From contig JACPDH010000038.1 of assembly GCA_016184115.1 (NCBI GenBank), forward strand, positions 14,053 to 78,052: 64,000 bases of DNA, read 5' to 3'. This document shows, one piece after another, positions 31,264-40,696 of the stretch; the stretch's first letter is position 1; every line of letters begins with the position of its first letter. The position numbers and the translations under genes were made by a program. Source of the stretch: Acidobacteriota bacterium (lineage in GTDB: Bacteria; Acidobacteriota; Thermoanaerobaculia; Gp7-AA8). Under the pieces are notes generated by a model. It was not told the DNA's origin and did not search any database. It saw nothing but the letters and a program-made list of their open reading frames with translations.

Positions 31264-31346
31264 CCCGCGAGCCTATGTGATTCGTCGACACGATCGCGGT
31301 GTTGGCTGTCACGTCGCCTTCTTTCGAGGCTACCGGCAGTGCGCGA

Positions 31347-33125
31347 TCAGCCGATCTCCAGCCAGTCGAACCAGACCGGGTGATTCGCCTTGTACCACTC
31401 CAGGACGTTCCGGATCGTCGCCCGCTTCTCGGCCGGCATGACGCTGTCGTCGACGCGGTCGAAGAAGACGCGAATCGTTTCGCCATCGTGCTCGAGCGCC
31501 TGGGAGAACATGGTCTGCAGCTCGTTGCGGATGCGCCCCGAGTCGGAGATCTTGACGGGGCGTTCGGTGTGATCGACACCGCTGAGGAATCGAACCAGCA
31601 GCGGGCTGAAGACGTGCTTCATCTGATCGAACGGCTCCATCATTCGAAGCGTGAACGTGACGACCGCCGACGCATTGCGTGTCGCGAGGCGCGTCGTGAC
31701 ACGATAGACGCCCTCCGCCACCTTCGTGACCCCTTTGCTTCCCGTGTAGGGATCGTCATTCATGTAGCCGATGCAGGCGAGGACGCTCCACTCCTTTTCG
31801 GGTGAGAAGTCGTCGGCGCGCAGGACGTCTTTGCCCATCGGCATGTTCGCGCACTCCGCTTCGCGGATCGCGTCAGCGTACTCGGCGATCTTCGCGGGGT
31901 CGACATTGCGCTCGCCATACACCGCTCGCACCTTCGCGTCGAAGCCGGGATCGTCGGGATGGAGGTGCATCAAGCGGCCTTCCTCGCGACATGGAAGCTC
32001 GAAGGTGGACGAGAAGGGAACCATCGTCGCGTCGACGTCGAGCACTTCGGCGAGGCTCGTCGCCTGCACCGCCTCGGCTGTCGCCGCGTAGCCGTCGCAG
32101 AGGAAGACGTGCGTCTCGCCCGCCTCCATCCAGCTTCCGACCATGAATGTCGGGGCGTACGTTCCCGAGTCGGTAAAGACCGGTATGCCGGTCGGTCCCG
32201 TCCAACCGTCGTCCACCAGATGCACGCCTAACGCTTCCCACTCCTTCCAGAGCTCGCCGAGCCTCGTTTGGCGGCTCTTGCCCTGGAGTGTCCAGACGTG
32301 AATGTTCGCGCGGCCGATTCCTGGATAGGCGGCCTCGATCGCGTCGACGACGCGGCTGCGCGGCGCGCGAAAGTCGAGCAGTACGGAGTTGCGCTCGGCC
32401 GCGGCGACGACCGCTTTCGGTACCGTGAGGCAGCCCATGTAGGCCTCGTACGGCTTCGACATGCGAAGGGGCGCGTCGAAGACGTGGAGCACTGCCATCG
32501 GGCCCGTCTCCTTCCCCAGCGCGAAGCGCGAGGTGTTCTCCAGCGTATCGACCGCGGCACCCCAGATCGTGATGCCGCGATCCTGAAGCCAGCCGTAGAA
32601 CTGTTCGAAGGTGTGACCGGGCTCATTGAGGAGCCGCCTCACGCGACGATCGACCGTCTTTGCGACTTCGGGCCTCGCATAGACGCGGCCGAAGCCGAGC
32701 AGCGGATTCGCTCCCATCTCCGGGGTCTCGCCCGCTTTCGGCATCAGGCCTTCACCTAGGCTGACCATGAGGGCGTGATTCTCGGGAAGGGTTCGTGTGA
32801 GGTGCCAGAGCCCCTCGCTCATCACGTAGGCGCTGATTGCGTCCGCGCCCTTCTTGACCTGATTGAGCCCTGCCTTGTCTCTCCCGTCACCGCCGCCGAA
32901 GTCGCCGAACAGGCGCGTTCCTAGCGCCGTCGTCGCTGCAGTGAGGGCGAGACAGCGCGTGATGCCGCGCGGCGTGAACGACAGATCGTAGACGGGCTCC
33001 GCCTGCGCGCGCTGCACCTCGACGTCTTCGAGCCAGAGGTGGAAGCGGAGCAGTACGGGCCGCGTGTCGAACACCCACTGTGCAATCAGGTTGCGCTTTT
33101 CGAGATTTTCCACGTGAGCTCCCAA
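31347..33125 (-). CDS. conserved hypothetical protein (592 aa), function unknown
   Basis: Long ORF with balanced composition, same strand and tightly spaced between the kinase gene and the radical SAM gene. No motif recognised. Confidence 0.5.
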   Translation of the reverse strand: MGAHVENLEKRNLIAQWVFDTRPVLLRFHLWLEDVEVQRAQAEPVYDLSFTPRGITRCLALTAATTALGTRLFGDFGGGDGRDKAGLNQVKKGADAISAYVMSEGLWHLTRTLPENHALMVSLGEGLMPKAGETPEMGANPLLGFGRVYARPEVAKTVDRRVRRLLNEPGHTFEQFYGWLQDRGITIWGAAVDTLENTSRFALGKETGPMAVLHVFDAPLRMSKPYEAYMGCLTVPKAVVAAAERNSVLLDFRAPRSRVVDAIEAAYPGIGRANIHVWTLQGKSRQTRLGELWKEWEALGVHLVDDGWTGPTGIPVFTDSGTYAPTFMVGSWMEAGETHVFLCDGYAATAEAVQATSLAEVLDVDATMVPFSSTFELPCREEGRLMHLHPDDPGFDAKVRAVYGERNVDPAKIAEYADAIREAECANMPMGKDVLRADDFSPEKEWSVLACIGYMNDDPYTGSKGVTKVAEGVYRVTTRLATRNASAVVTFTLRMMEPFDQMKHVFSPLLVRFLSGVDHTERPVKISDSGRIRNELQTMFSQALEHDGETIRVFFDRVDDSVMPAEKRATIRNVLEWYKANHPVWFDWLEIG

Positions 33126-33203
33126 TCGAGGATGGTGTGCGTTTGATTCTAATGTAGTGTTTCGCTGATCCCGAGCCGCGTCGCGTCGCGATCGCTCCCC
33201 GTG

Positions 33204-36200
33204 TCACGTTCGCTCGAAGTCGGGGAGCGATTGACGGGCGATCGTCTTCTCATCTCCTGTCGGTGATGCGGGGCCGGCCGCGAGGACGAGATCGTCCGCC
33301 TCCTGGAGGATCGGAATGAGGTCGGCGCGCAACTCCTCCGCGCTTGCGTAACGTTCCGACGCCTTCTTGGCAAGGCAGCGTGCCAGAACGGCGTTCATGC
33401 GAAGTGAAAAGCCGCTCTGCCCGGGGAAGCGATAGTCCGAGTTGACGATCTGGTAGGCAACGGCCTGGACGGTCGGGCCGTGGAAGGGACGCAGCCGCGT
33501 CAGGCACTCGACGACCATGACTCCGACCGAGAAGATGTCGGAGCGCTCGTCGGCGCGCTCGCCGAAGAGCTGCTCGGGCGACATGTACGGGATCGTGCCA
33601 ATGAAGGTGTGAGGCGTCGTCAGAGCGAATCTGCCTGAGCTCTCGTCGAGGCTATGGACGCGTGCGAGCCCGAAATCGAGGAGTTTCACATGCTCGCGCT
33701 CCTGTCCGCGGTCGACGACGAAGACGTTTTCCGGCTTAAGGTCGCGGTGGACGACGTATTCGTTGTGCGCGGCGTGCAAGGCGTCGAGTACGTCGCCGAA
33801 CCAGCGTGCGAGCGTGTGGCAGTCGAGTGACTCCTGCCGCTCGAGGATCTTTCGCAGTGACTCGCCTTCGAGGAGCTCCATGACGAGGAACGAGCCTCCC
33901 GTGCGCGTTTCTCCGAAGTCGAAGACTGGCACGAGGTTGGGGTGGCTGAGCCTCGCGCTGATTCTCGCTTCCCGCTCGAAGCGGGCGAGTGAGTCCTTCT
34001 CACGGAATTCGCGTGCGTTGAGTACCTTCACCGCGACGCGCCGGTTGAGACGCAGGTCGCGCGCCTCGTAGACCGCGCCGATTCCGCCCTTCCCTAACAG
34101 CTTCTGCAGTTCGTAGCGCTCCGCGATCGTCCGCTCGACGGGCACGGAAAGCATGAGCCCCGCGCCGTCACGCGAGCAGAACTCCTCGTCACCGTCGTAG
34201 CAGCGAAGACAAAGCGTACACTCCTTCACGAGGTTGATCTCCGACTCCTGAAGCTTCGATAGCACCTCGCGATTCGCGCGTTGCTCGCGGCCGTAGTGCT
34301 CCTTGAGGAGAATGCCCTCGATCGCCCATGCGATCGGGCCGACCGCCGCGCGTAGCGCGTGGACATCCTGCCGCGTGTAATTTCCGGCCGATCTCCGGTC
34401 ACCGAGGAGGATCAGTCCCACGAGTCGTCCCTCGCGGCCGGTGAGAGGGACGATCATTGCCGGATCCGCCTGTCGCAGCCACGCCCGCTCGGTTTCCGGG
34501 AGGTCCCAATCGACGTAATCGAGGCGTGTCGCCGGCGCTCGGTTTCGAAGCGCTTTGTCGGCGAGATGTGCGAGACCTTGCGGCGGAACGAGAGCCGGCG
34601 GCATTCCCGAAAGGTGTGCGGCACGGAGGATGCCAGTTCGCGGTTCCGCGTGGAAGACGCAGATCCAGCGCGAGTGGAAGGCTTCCATGACTCCAAGGCC
34701 GAGTGCGTCGGCGACTTCAGGCAGCGAGCTGCAGTTGGCGACATGCTCATGGACGCGCTCGAGAATCCGCCGCTGTTCCGCACGGGCTCTTCTTGCGAGC
34801 ACGACAAACGATCCGAGGAAGCCGAGTAGTGCAGGCTCTCGAAGCCCATGCAAGGTGTCGAGCATTGGCGTCGATTTCACGGAGGCGGCAATCATGGCGC
34901 TCGACGAGATCAGCAGGAGCGGGACGACGCCGAGCAACACGACGCCGGTCTGAAGACGGCTTTCACGGTCGTCGAGCGTCGTCATGCGCGATGCGAGCAC
35001 GATCGTCGCGACTCCCGGCCAGACGAGTGAGATCGCCGGCTCGAGCAGCAGGCGCCAGCGCTCTCCCGTATGCGCTCCCATGAGCTCGGGAACGAGTCCG
35101 AACAGTGCAATCGCCGCCGCCGCGGAAGCGCCGTAGAAGACGAGAAGGACCGTGCGCGAGCGATGCTCGAGCCACGCCGGGCGGTCGGGGACGAGCGAGA
35201 CGAGGTGGAGCGCGAGGCCGATCTCGAGCCCTTGCGCGACGGCTGCGAGGATCTGGAGAGGGATGACGCTGGCCGATGCGCCTCCCGCCAACATCGCGAG
35301 ACCGAGACTACACAGGTGCCTAACTGCCGCGGCGAGCGCCAGGAATGCGAGAAGTCGTGCGCTCGCCAGGTTCGGTCCCTGAAGGAGGACGGCGAATGCG
35401 ACGAGCAGGAACGCTGCGGCCATGCTTCCGCCGAACCATCGATGTCGCCACCACGGCGGCGGTGCGAGGAGCTCGACGTCGATCCCTGCGGGCTCGCTCC
35501 ATGTCGCTGCGCTTCCCGCCGCACGCACGCGTACTTCGAACCTGTATCGGCCCGGGGCGAGATTCATGTACTCCTTGAATCGCTCGGGTGCTTGCTCGGA
35601 CCAGTCGTCGTTGTAGCCTTCGAGCCGGACCTGGTAGCGGAGCGCCTGCGGGTTCCGGAAGGCAAGGCCCCGGAAATCGACTCTGAAGAACGCCGTGTCG
35701 GCACCGAGTGACACGGCAGTGCCGTCGAGCCAGCCGGCCTGCTGGCCGCGAGGAGCCGACTCGGTGAATGGTGCGCGCCATGAGCCGAGCGGTGTTCGCA
35801 ACGACTCGATCGTCACGAGAGGCGGCGATGCCCGTTCCATGCGAGGACCGAGCAGATGAGTCACGCCGCCGCCTGCCGCGATCCAGAGATCTCCGTCGCG
35901 ATCGATCGCGAGCGCATTGACTTCATTCGATACAAGACCTGACCCTCGGTCGACTGACGCGACGATCGCCGGGCGTTCGGCGCGCGCGCGAGCTGGATCG
36001 AACAGTGCCGCCCCCTTTGATGTTCCGAGCCAGAAACGACCATCTGGCGTTTCGGCGAAGGCCGAGATGGCGTCGTATGCTTCGATCGTTTCGTCGTGCG
36101 TGCGGAACTTCGGTGCGGCGGCGTCACCGGGAGGAGGAGGCGTGAGCTCGACGAGTCCGCCACCGTTCGTTCCAATCCAGATCGTCCCGGACGAGTCGGC

Positions 36201-37817
36201 GTGCAGAACGCCAATATCATTGATTGGGAGCCCATCGCGTACGGTGAACGAGCGGACGCGCTTCCCGTCGATCACGCTGAGGCCGCTGTCGCCCCCGACC
36301 CAGAGCCGGCCGTATCGGTCCTCCGCCGCTCCGTAGATCGCCCCACCAACGAGTCCATCGGCGGTCGTCACGTTGCGGATTGCGACGTCGCCCGTGGTCG
36401 GGTTCGTCGTGAGGATCGAGACGCCGTCCGTGGTCGTGACGACGAGAGCGCCGCGCCGCGTTTCGCGGAGCGCGATCACGCTGTCGCTGATGAGTCCATC
36501 CTCTCCCGTGATCGAGCGCGCGCAGCGACCTCGCGTTGCGTCGAACTCGCAGAGCCCCCCTCCTTCGGTGCCGATCCAAAGGCGGCCGCGAGTATCGCGG
36601 TGGATGTCCCAGACCTGATTCACCGGCAGCTGATTCGTGTCGGTCCACGACTCGATGCGCGTAGAAGGACGCAGGTCGAGATCAAAACGCACGCGCGCGA
36701 GTCCGCCGAGCGTGCCGACCCAGATCGAACCGTCGCGTTCGGGCAGAAGCGCGTAGACGGTGTGATGGGGAAGACCGTCGCGAACCGTGAAGCTGACGAC
36801 TCCCTCTCCCGGGATGCGCGCGAGACCATTCTGGTAGCCGACCCAGAGCGCGCCTTCGCGGTCTTCGAACATCGCCAGCACGGAATCGTCGGGGAGCCCG
36901 TTTGCCATCGTCATCGAGCGACAACTCGTCAGCTCCGGCAGCGTGCAGATGTCGATCCCCTTGCTGAGCGTGCCGACGACCAGATTTCCGCCACGGTTGA
37001 CGAGCATCGCATAGACGTCGTTCTCGGACAGGCCGTCGCGCGTCGTGAAGATCTTGAATGCGGTCCCGTCCCAACGAGCGATTCCGCCGCCTCGCGTGCC
37101 GAGGTAGATGTTCCCCTTTCGATCTTCGGCGATCGATCGCACGGTGCCGTCCGGAAGCCCGTCTTCGAGCGTGAAGATGCGGCATCCAGTTAGGCCGAGA
37201 ATCTTGTCGGCCTTGCACCGGCTCACGCCGGCGCCACGGTGGCCGAACCAGAGATTCCCCCGCGAGTCGGAGAACATCGAGTAGACGTATTCGGAGGCGA
37301 GTCCTTCGCGCACGGAGAACGACCGCGCTTGCCGCCCTTCGACGAGCAATGCCCCGCCGACCTGTGTTCCAAGCCATACGCGCCCGAACGAATCGCGTGT
37401 GCTCGCCCAGATCGCGCCGACGTTCGCGTACGCCGGGCCGAGTTGCTCGATCCGACGCCCGTCGAAGAGCGTTGGGCCTGCTTCGGTCCCGAACCAGAGC
37501 GCGCCGTGTCCGTCTTCGACGATCGACCGAACGGTCGGGCTGCTCAGCCCATCCTTGCGCGAGAATGAGACGAACGACGTGCCGTCGAATCGGTTCGCAC
37601 CTTCGGTCGTGCCGGCCCAGATGTAGCCGCGGCTGTCCTGGAGAATGCTCCAGACCTGCGAGTGCGTCAGCCCGTCTTCGGTGCCGTAGTGTTTGACTGG
37701 AAACGTCTGTGCACGAAGCGGCGCCGCGACGAGCAATGCCGCGGCGAGCGGCGCGAGCAGCAGGCGAGCCAACCGGCCCGGGTGGGGACCAGTGCCGAGG
37801 AGGGTTCGCGGTGCCAT
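33204..37817 (-). CDS. multidomain sensor Ser/Thr protein kinase: signal peptide, periplasmic beta-propeller repeats (two-component-regulator propeller / Y_Y_Y-like), 7TM module, GAF-like domain, Cys-rich segment, C-terminal Ser/Thr kinase
   Basis: N-terminal LAPLAAALLVAAPLRAQ. Repeated YIWAGT/LWFGT/IWIGT propeller blades. Seven hydrophobic helices around residues 800-1020. Kinase motifs GKGGIGAVYEA...VAVK, HRDLKPENVFV, DFGLAR, SPEQ. Confidence 0.8.
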   Translation of the reverse strand: MAPRTLLGTGPHPGRLARLLLAPLAAALLVAAPLRAQTFPVKHYGTEDGLTHSQVWSILQDSRGYIWAGTTEGANRFDGTSFVSFSRKDGLSSPTVRSIVEDGHGALWFGTEAGPTLFDGRRIEQLGPAYANVGAIWASTRDSFGRVWLGTQVGGALLVEGRQARSFSVREGLASEYVYSMFSDSRGNLWFGHRGAGVSRCKADKILGLTGCRIFTLEDGLPDGTVRSIAEDRKGNIYLGTRGGGIARWDGTAFKIFTTRDGLSENDVYAMLVNRGGNLVVGTLSKGIDICTLPELTSCRSMTMANGLPDDSVLAMFEDREGALWVGYQNGLARIPGEGVVSFTVRDGLPHHTVYALLPERDGSIWVGTLGGLARVRFDLDLRPSTRIESWTDTNQLPVNQVWDIHRDTRGRLWIGTEGGGLCEFDATRGRCARSITGEDGLISDSVIALRETRRGALVVTTTDGVSILTTNPTTGDVAIRNVTTADGLVGGAIYGAAEDRYGRLWVGGDSGLSVIDGKRVRSFTVRDGLPINDIGVLHADSSGTIWIGTNGGGLVELTPPPPGDAAAPKFRTHDETIEAYDAISAFAETPDGRFWLGTSKGAALFDPARARAERPAIVASVDRGSGLVSNEVNALAIDRDGDLWIAAGGGVTHLLGPRMERASPPLVTIESLRTPLGSWRAPFTESAPRGQQAGWLDGTAVSLGADTAFFRVDFRGLAFRNPQALRYQVRLEGYNDDWSEQAPERFKEYMNLAPGRYRFEVRVRAAGSAATWSEPAGIDVELLAPPPWWRHRWFGGSMAAAFLLVAFAVLLQGPNLASARLLAFLALAAAVRHLCSLGLAMLAGGASASVIPLQILAAVAQGLEIGLALHLVSLVPDRPAWLEHRSRTVLLVFYGASAAAAIALFGLVPELMGAHTGERWRLLLEPAISLVWPGVATIVLASRMTTLDDRESRLQTGVVLLGVVPLLLISSSAMIAASVKSTPMLDTLHGLREPALLGFLGSFVVLARRARAEQRRILERVHEHVANCSSLPEVADALGLGVMEAFHSRWICVFHAEPRTGILRAAHLSGMPPALVPPQGLAHLADKALRNRAPATRLDYVDWDLPETERAWLRQADPAMIVPLTGREGRLVGLILLGDRRSAGNYTRQDVHALRAAVGPIAWAIEGILLKEHYGREQRANREVLSKLQESEINLVKECTLCLRCYDGDEEFCSRDGAGLMLSVPVERTIAERYELQKLLGKGGIGAVYEARDLRLNRRVAVKVLNAREFREKDSLARFEREARISARLSHPNLVPVFDFGETRTGGSFLVMELLEGESLRKILERQESLDCHTLARWFGDVLDALHAAHNEYVVHRDLKPENVFVVDRGQEREHVKLLDFGLARVHSLDESSGRFALTTPHTFIGTIPYMSPEQLFGERADERSDIFSVGVMVVECLTRLRPFHGPTVQAVAYQIVNSDYRFPGQSGFSLRMNAVLARCLAKKASERYASAEELRADLIPILQEADDLVLAAGPASPTGDEKTIARQSLPDFERT

Positions 37818-37993
37818 GGACGAGCGGATTCTATAGGTGGGTGCGAGAGCGGAGCCAGAGGAACTCGCGCAACGCGTCCGGCCCGCGAGCGATCAGGCTG
37901 GAATGAATCGATTGGCGCGGTGAGTTGCGCGAGTCGGGTCACTCGAGAGAATGAGGCCGCGGAGCGACGCGGAATGCGAACGGACGGACAACG

Positions 37994-40102
37994 ATGTCAC
38001 GCCTGGTGAACCTGTTACCTGTCCCCTCCCCGGAGGGCGCTTCGCTGGGCGATGTCCTGGCGGAGATCGCACAGCTCGCGTCGCAGACGCTGGAGCTGCA
38101 GGAGGTCTTCGACCAGGTCGCCGACTCGATGCGACGGTTGATGCCGTTCGACGACATGAAAGTCGTCCGCGTCGTCGAACCCGACCACGTGGTTGTCCAC
38201 GCAACGACGTTCAAGATCGCCGACTGCACCGATGGCTCGCGCGTCTCCTGCTGTTGGGAGCCAATTCCGCTCGCCGCGTGGTCGCCTAGGCTTCGCCCGC
38301 GCGGAGAATCACTGCCTCCCTTGCTCGACGCGGAGATCGAGCTCGATCCCCAGTTCCCTGCCGACCGTCGCATTCTCGAGGCGGGTGTCCGGTCGGGTCT
38401 TTGGGAGCCGTTTCACACGGGCGAGCGCTTCGCCGGCGGGGTGATCGTCAGTTCAGCAGCTCCGCGCGCGTTTACGGAAGCGCACTGTGAGATGCTGCGC
38501 CCCATCGCCGCACTCCTTGGTTCGGCCGTCGAGCACTGGCGAATCTGGGACGCCGATCGCCGGCGGCATCAGCGTTTCGACCGAATGGAAGCACTCCTCG
38601 GCACGCTTGCCGGCTCGCTCGACGTGCGCGAGGTCTTCGACAAGTTCTCCACCGAGGTGCAGTCGGTGCTTCGGCACGACCTCGCATCGCTGACCGAAAT
38701 CGATTCGCGCCGCGAAACGCTCAAAGTGGTCGCCCATGCCGGAATGAGCGACATCGAGGTGCCACGGGGCGAGATTCCGCTGACGCGCGAGGAGCACGAG
38801 CTTCGGGCGGATTTCGAGATTCTCGACGACATCCCGGCCGTGATTACTCCTCGTTCCGAGCGGGAGCGCCTGCTGCTGGCCACGGGAATGCGATCGTGGC
38901 TTCGCGTTCCGGTTCGTCTTTCCGGAGAGATCAAGGGGAGCCTCAGTTTCTTCGCGCGTGAGGCCGAGGCGTACGACCGTGATGACGCCGAGGTAGCGCT
39001 GCGAATCGCGGACCGTCTTGCGTTGTCGCTTTCTTACCGGCGGCTCGCGGAAGAGGCACAAATCGCGAGCGAGGCGCGCGAGCGCGCCGCAAGGCTCGAA
39101 GCAACAGTCGAAACGCTGACGCGCGAGCTCGAGACGAGAGGGCGGGGACGCGTGGTGGGCGACTCCCCGGGCTGGCGAGACGTGCTGAGGCAGGTCGGCC
39201 AGGTTGCCGATTCGGAGACCACCGTGCTCATCACGGGCGAGTCGGGTACCGGCAAGGAAATCGTGTCGCGCCTCATCCATGACGGGTCCGCGCGAGCGAA
39301 GAACGCGTTCGTCGCGGTCAACTGTGCCGCACTCCCCGAGCAGCTTCTCGAATCCGAGCTGTTCGGCCACGAGAAAGGCGCATTCACCGGTGCCGTATCC
39401 ACGAAGATCGGACGCCTCGAGCAGGCGGCCGGAGGCACGCTCTTCCTCGACGAGATTGGCGAGATGAGCCCGATCGTCCAGGCGAAGCTGCTGCGCGTGC
39501 TCCAGGAGCGGGAGTTCCAGCGCCTCGGCGGCACGCGTGCAATGAAGGCGAACGTGCGCGTGCTCGCCGCGACGAATCGCGACTTGATCAAGGCGATCGG
39601 CCGAGGCGAGTTCCGCGACGACCTCTACTACAGGCTGAACGTCTTCGAGATCGGGATTCCGCCGCTCCGTGACCGTGCCGAAGACATTCCGGCGCTCGCG
39701 GCAGCATTCGTCGACGAGTTGGGACGGACGATGGGGCGGCCTGCGGCGGGCATTTCCCGCGACGCGCATGAATGGCTGCTCTCGTATCCGTGGCCGGGAA
39801 ACGTCCGCGAGCTGCGCAACGCGATCGAGCGTGCGATTCTGCTTTGCGACGGAGGGCTGATCACACGCGACCATCTTCCGACGCCCGTCAGGCGACCCGG
39901 CGCGACGGCGAACGGCTCGTTCGACCCCGATCCTGGCGCGCCGCTTCCCGCTGGGGGCGTGAGCCTCGGTGAGGTCGAGCGCGGACTCGTGGAGCGGGCG
40001 CTGCGCGATGCGGATGGAAACAAGTCGCGTGCGGCGCGCCTGCTCGGCATCTCTCGCGCGCAGCTTTACTCACGCATCGAGCGGTTCGGAATCTCGTCCT
40101 GA
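37994..40102 (+). CDS. sigma-54-dependent transcriptional activator with two N-terminal GAF-like domains, AAA+ sigma-54 interaction domain and C-terminal Fis-type HTH
   Basis: Walker A GESGTGKE. GAFTGA sigma-54 contact motif. Arginine finger region LYYRLNV. HTH SRAARLLGISRAQLYSRIERFGI. Divergent from the kinase gene across a 176-bp spacer. Confidence 0.85.
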   Translation: MSRLVNLLPVPSPEGASLGDVLAEIAQLASQTLELQEVFDQVADSMRRLMPFDDMKVVRVVEPDHVVVHATTFKIADCTDGSRVSCCWEPIPLAAWSPRLRPRGESLPPLLDAEIELDPQFPADRRILEAGVRSGLWEPFHTGERFAGGVIVSSAAPRAFTEAHCEMLRPIAALLGSAVEHWRIWDADRRRHQRFDRMEALLGTLAGSLDVREVFDKFSTEVQSVLRHDLASLTEIDSRRETLKVVAHAGMSDIEVPRGEIPLTREEHELRADFEILDDIPAVITPRSERERLLLATGMRSWLRVPVRLSGEIKGSLSFFAREAEAYDRDDAEVALRIADRLALSLSYRRLAEEAQIASEARERAARLEATVETLTRELETRGRGRVVGDSPGWRDVLRQVGQVADSETTVLITGESGTGKEIVSRLIHDGSARAKNAFVAVNCAALPEQLLESELFGHEKGAFTGAVSTKIGRLEQAAGGTLFLDEIGEMSPIVQAKLLRVLQEREFQRLGGTRAMKANVRVLAATNRDLIKAIGRGEFRDDLYYRLNVFEIGIPPLRDRAEDIPALAAAFVDELGRTMGRPAAGISRDAHEWLLSYPWPGNVRELRNAIERAILLCDGGLITRDHLPTPVRRPGATANGSFDPDPGAPLPAGGVSLGEVERGLVERALRDADGNKSRAARLLGISRAQLYSRIERFGISS

Positions 40103-40355
40103 TCCGGAGCGGACCGCCAGGCTACCGCCGGCTCGCAGCGCGTGCGCCTCGCGGCCTAACGCCATCCGATACCCGATGCTCACATGCTCACGCTCGTCGC
40201 CATAGTCGTTGTATGACTGCTGGCGATCCATCAGCAACCTGTCGATATTTCCGCAGCTGTCGCGTCTGTGCGCGGCGCCGGCGCATCGCGGCTGTCGCGC
40301 TGCAAGTCGCCTGATCTCAGCAACTTTCAGCGAACGCCACGCACATCGAGAAACG

Positions 40356-40372
40356 TGGCATGCCTCTTGGAT
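40356..40372 (+). promoter_or_regulatory. candidate sigma-54 (-24/-12) promoter TGGCATG-N4-TTGGA
   Basis: GG and the -12 element are spaced as in the TGGCAC-N5-TTGCW consensus, with one mismatch (GG instead of GC at -12). 88 nt upstream of the 40460 ATG and downstream of the sigma-54 activator gene. Confidence 0.3.
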
Positions 40373-40459
40373 TGTCGAGAGGAACCGGACGGTGCCCCGA
40401 TGTCGATTTCTAGGGTCCCCGTACGACTACTCGATGCTCGCAAACGCGGAAGGCAGGAG

Positions 40460-40696
40460 ATGAGTCAGCGCAATGTCGAAATTGTCATCGGTCGCCTCGT
40501 CACCGACGAGGCATTTCGCCGGCGATTCAGGGAATCACCGCAACCGGCACTCGAGGAGCTCATCGGCCGGGGCATCGAGCTGAACGTGTGCGAGCTTCGC
40601 GCGCTTTCCGGAATCGATCCGGAGCGCGTCGAGCGCTTCGCGGGGAGCTTGCACCCATGTATTCAGCGCGTCGAGATCGAGGGAGGACATTCTTGA
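40460..40696 (+). CDS. 78-aa Nif11/NHLP-type leader-peptide-like protein ending ...VEIEGG-HS (leader-like domain with essentially no core)
   Basis: ATG 40460 with GGAAGG 6 nt upstream. LVTDEAFRRRFRESPQPALEELIGRGIELNVCEL resembles the Nif11 (ksDeaLqekLk...AkeaGfeftaeEL) and NHLP (DeaFkqrLl.dPkaalaeeGielpeg) leader domains. The stop TGA overlaps the TTG start of the next gene (TTGA). Confidence 0.5.
   Translation: MSQRNVEIVIGRLVTDEAFRRRFRESPQPALEELIGRGIELNVCELRALSGIDPERVERFAGSLHPCIQRVEIEGGHS

Noticed and set aside
40268-40696. 142-aa version of the small ORF starting at 40268, and the TolC start at ATG 40588
   Set aside because: The upstream extension is arginine-rich with no RBS. The ATG at 40460 has GGAAGG at proper spacing, and the TolC signal peptide begins at TTG 40693 with GGGAGGA upstream.
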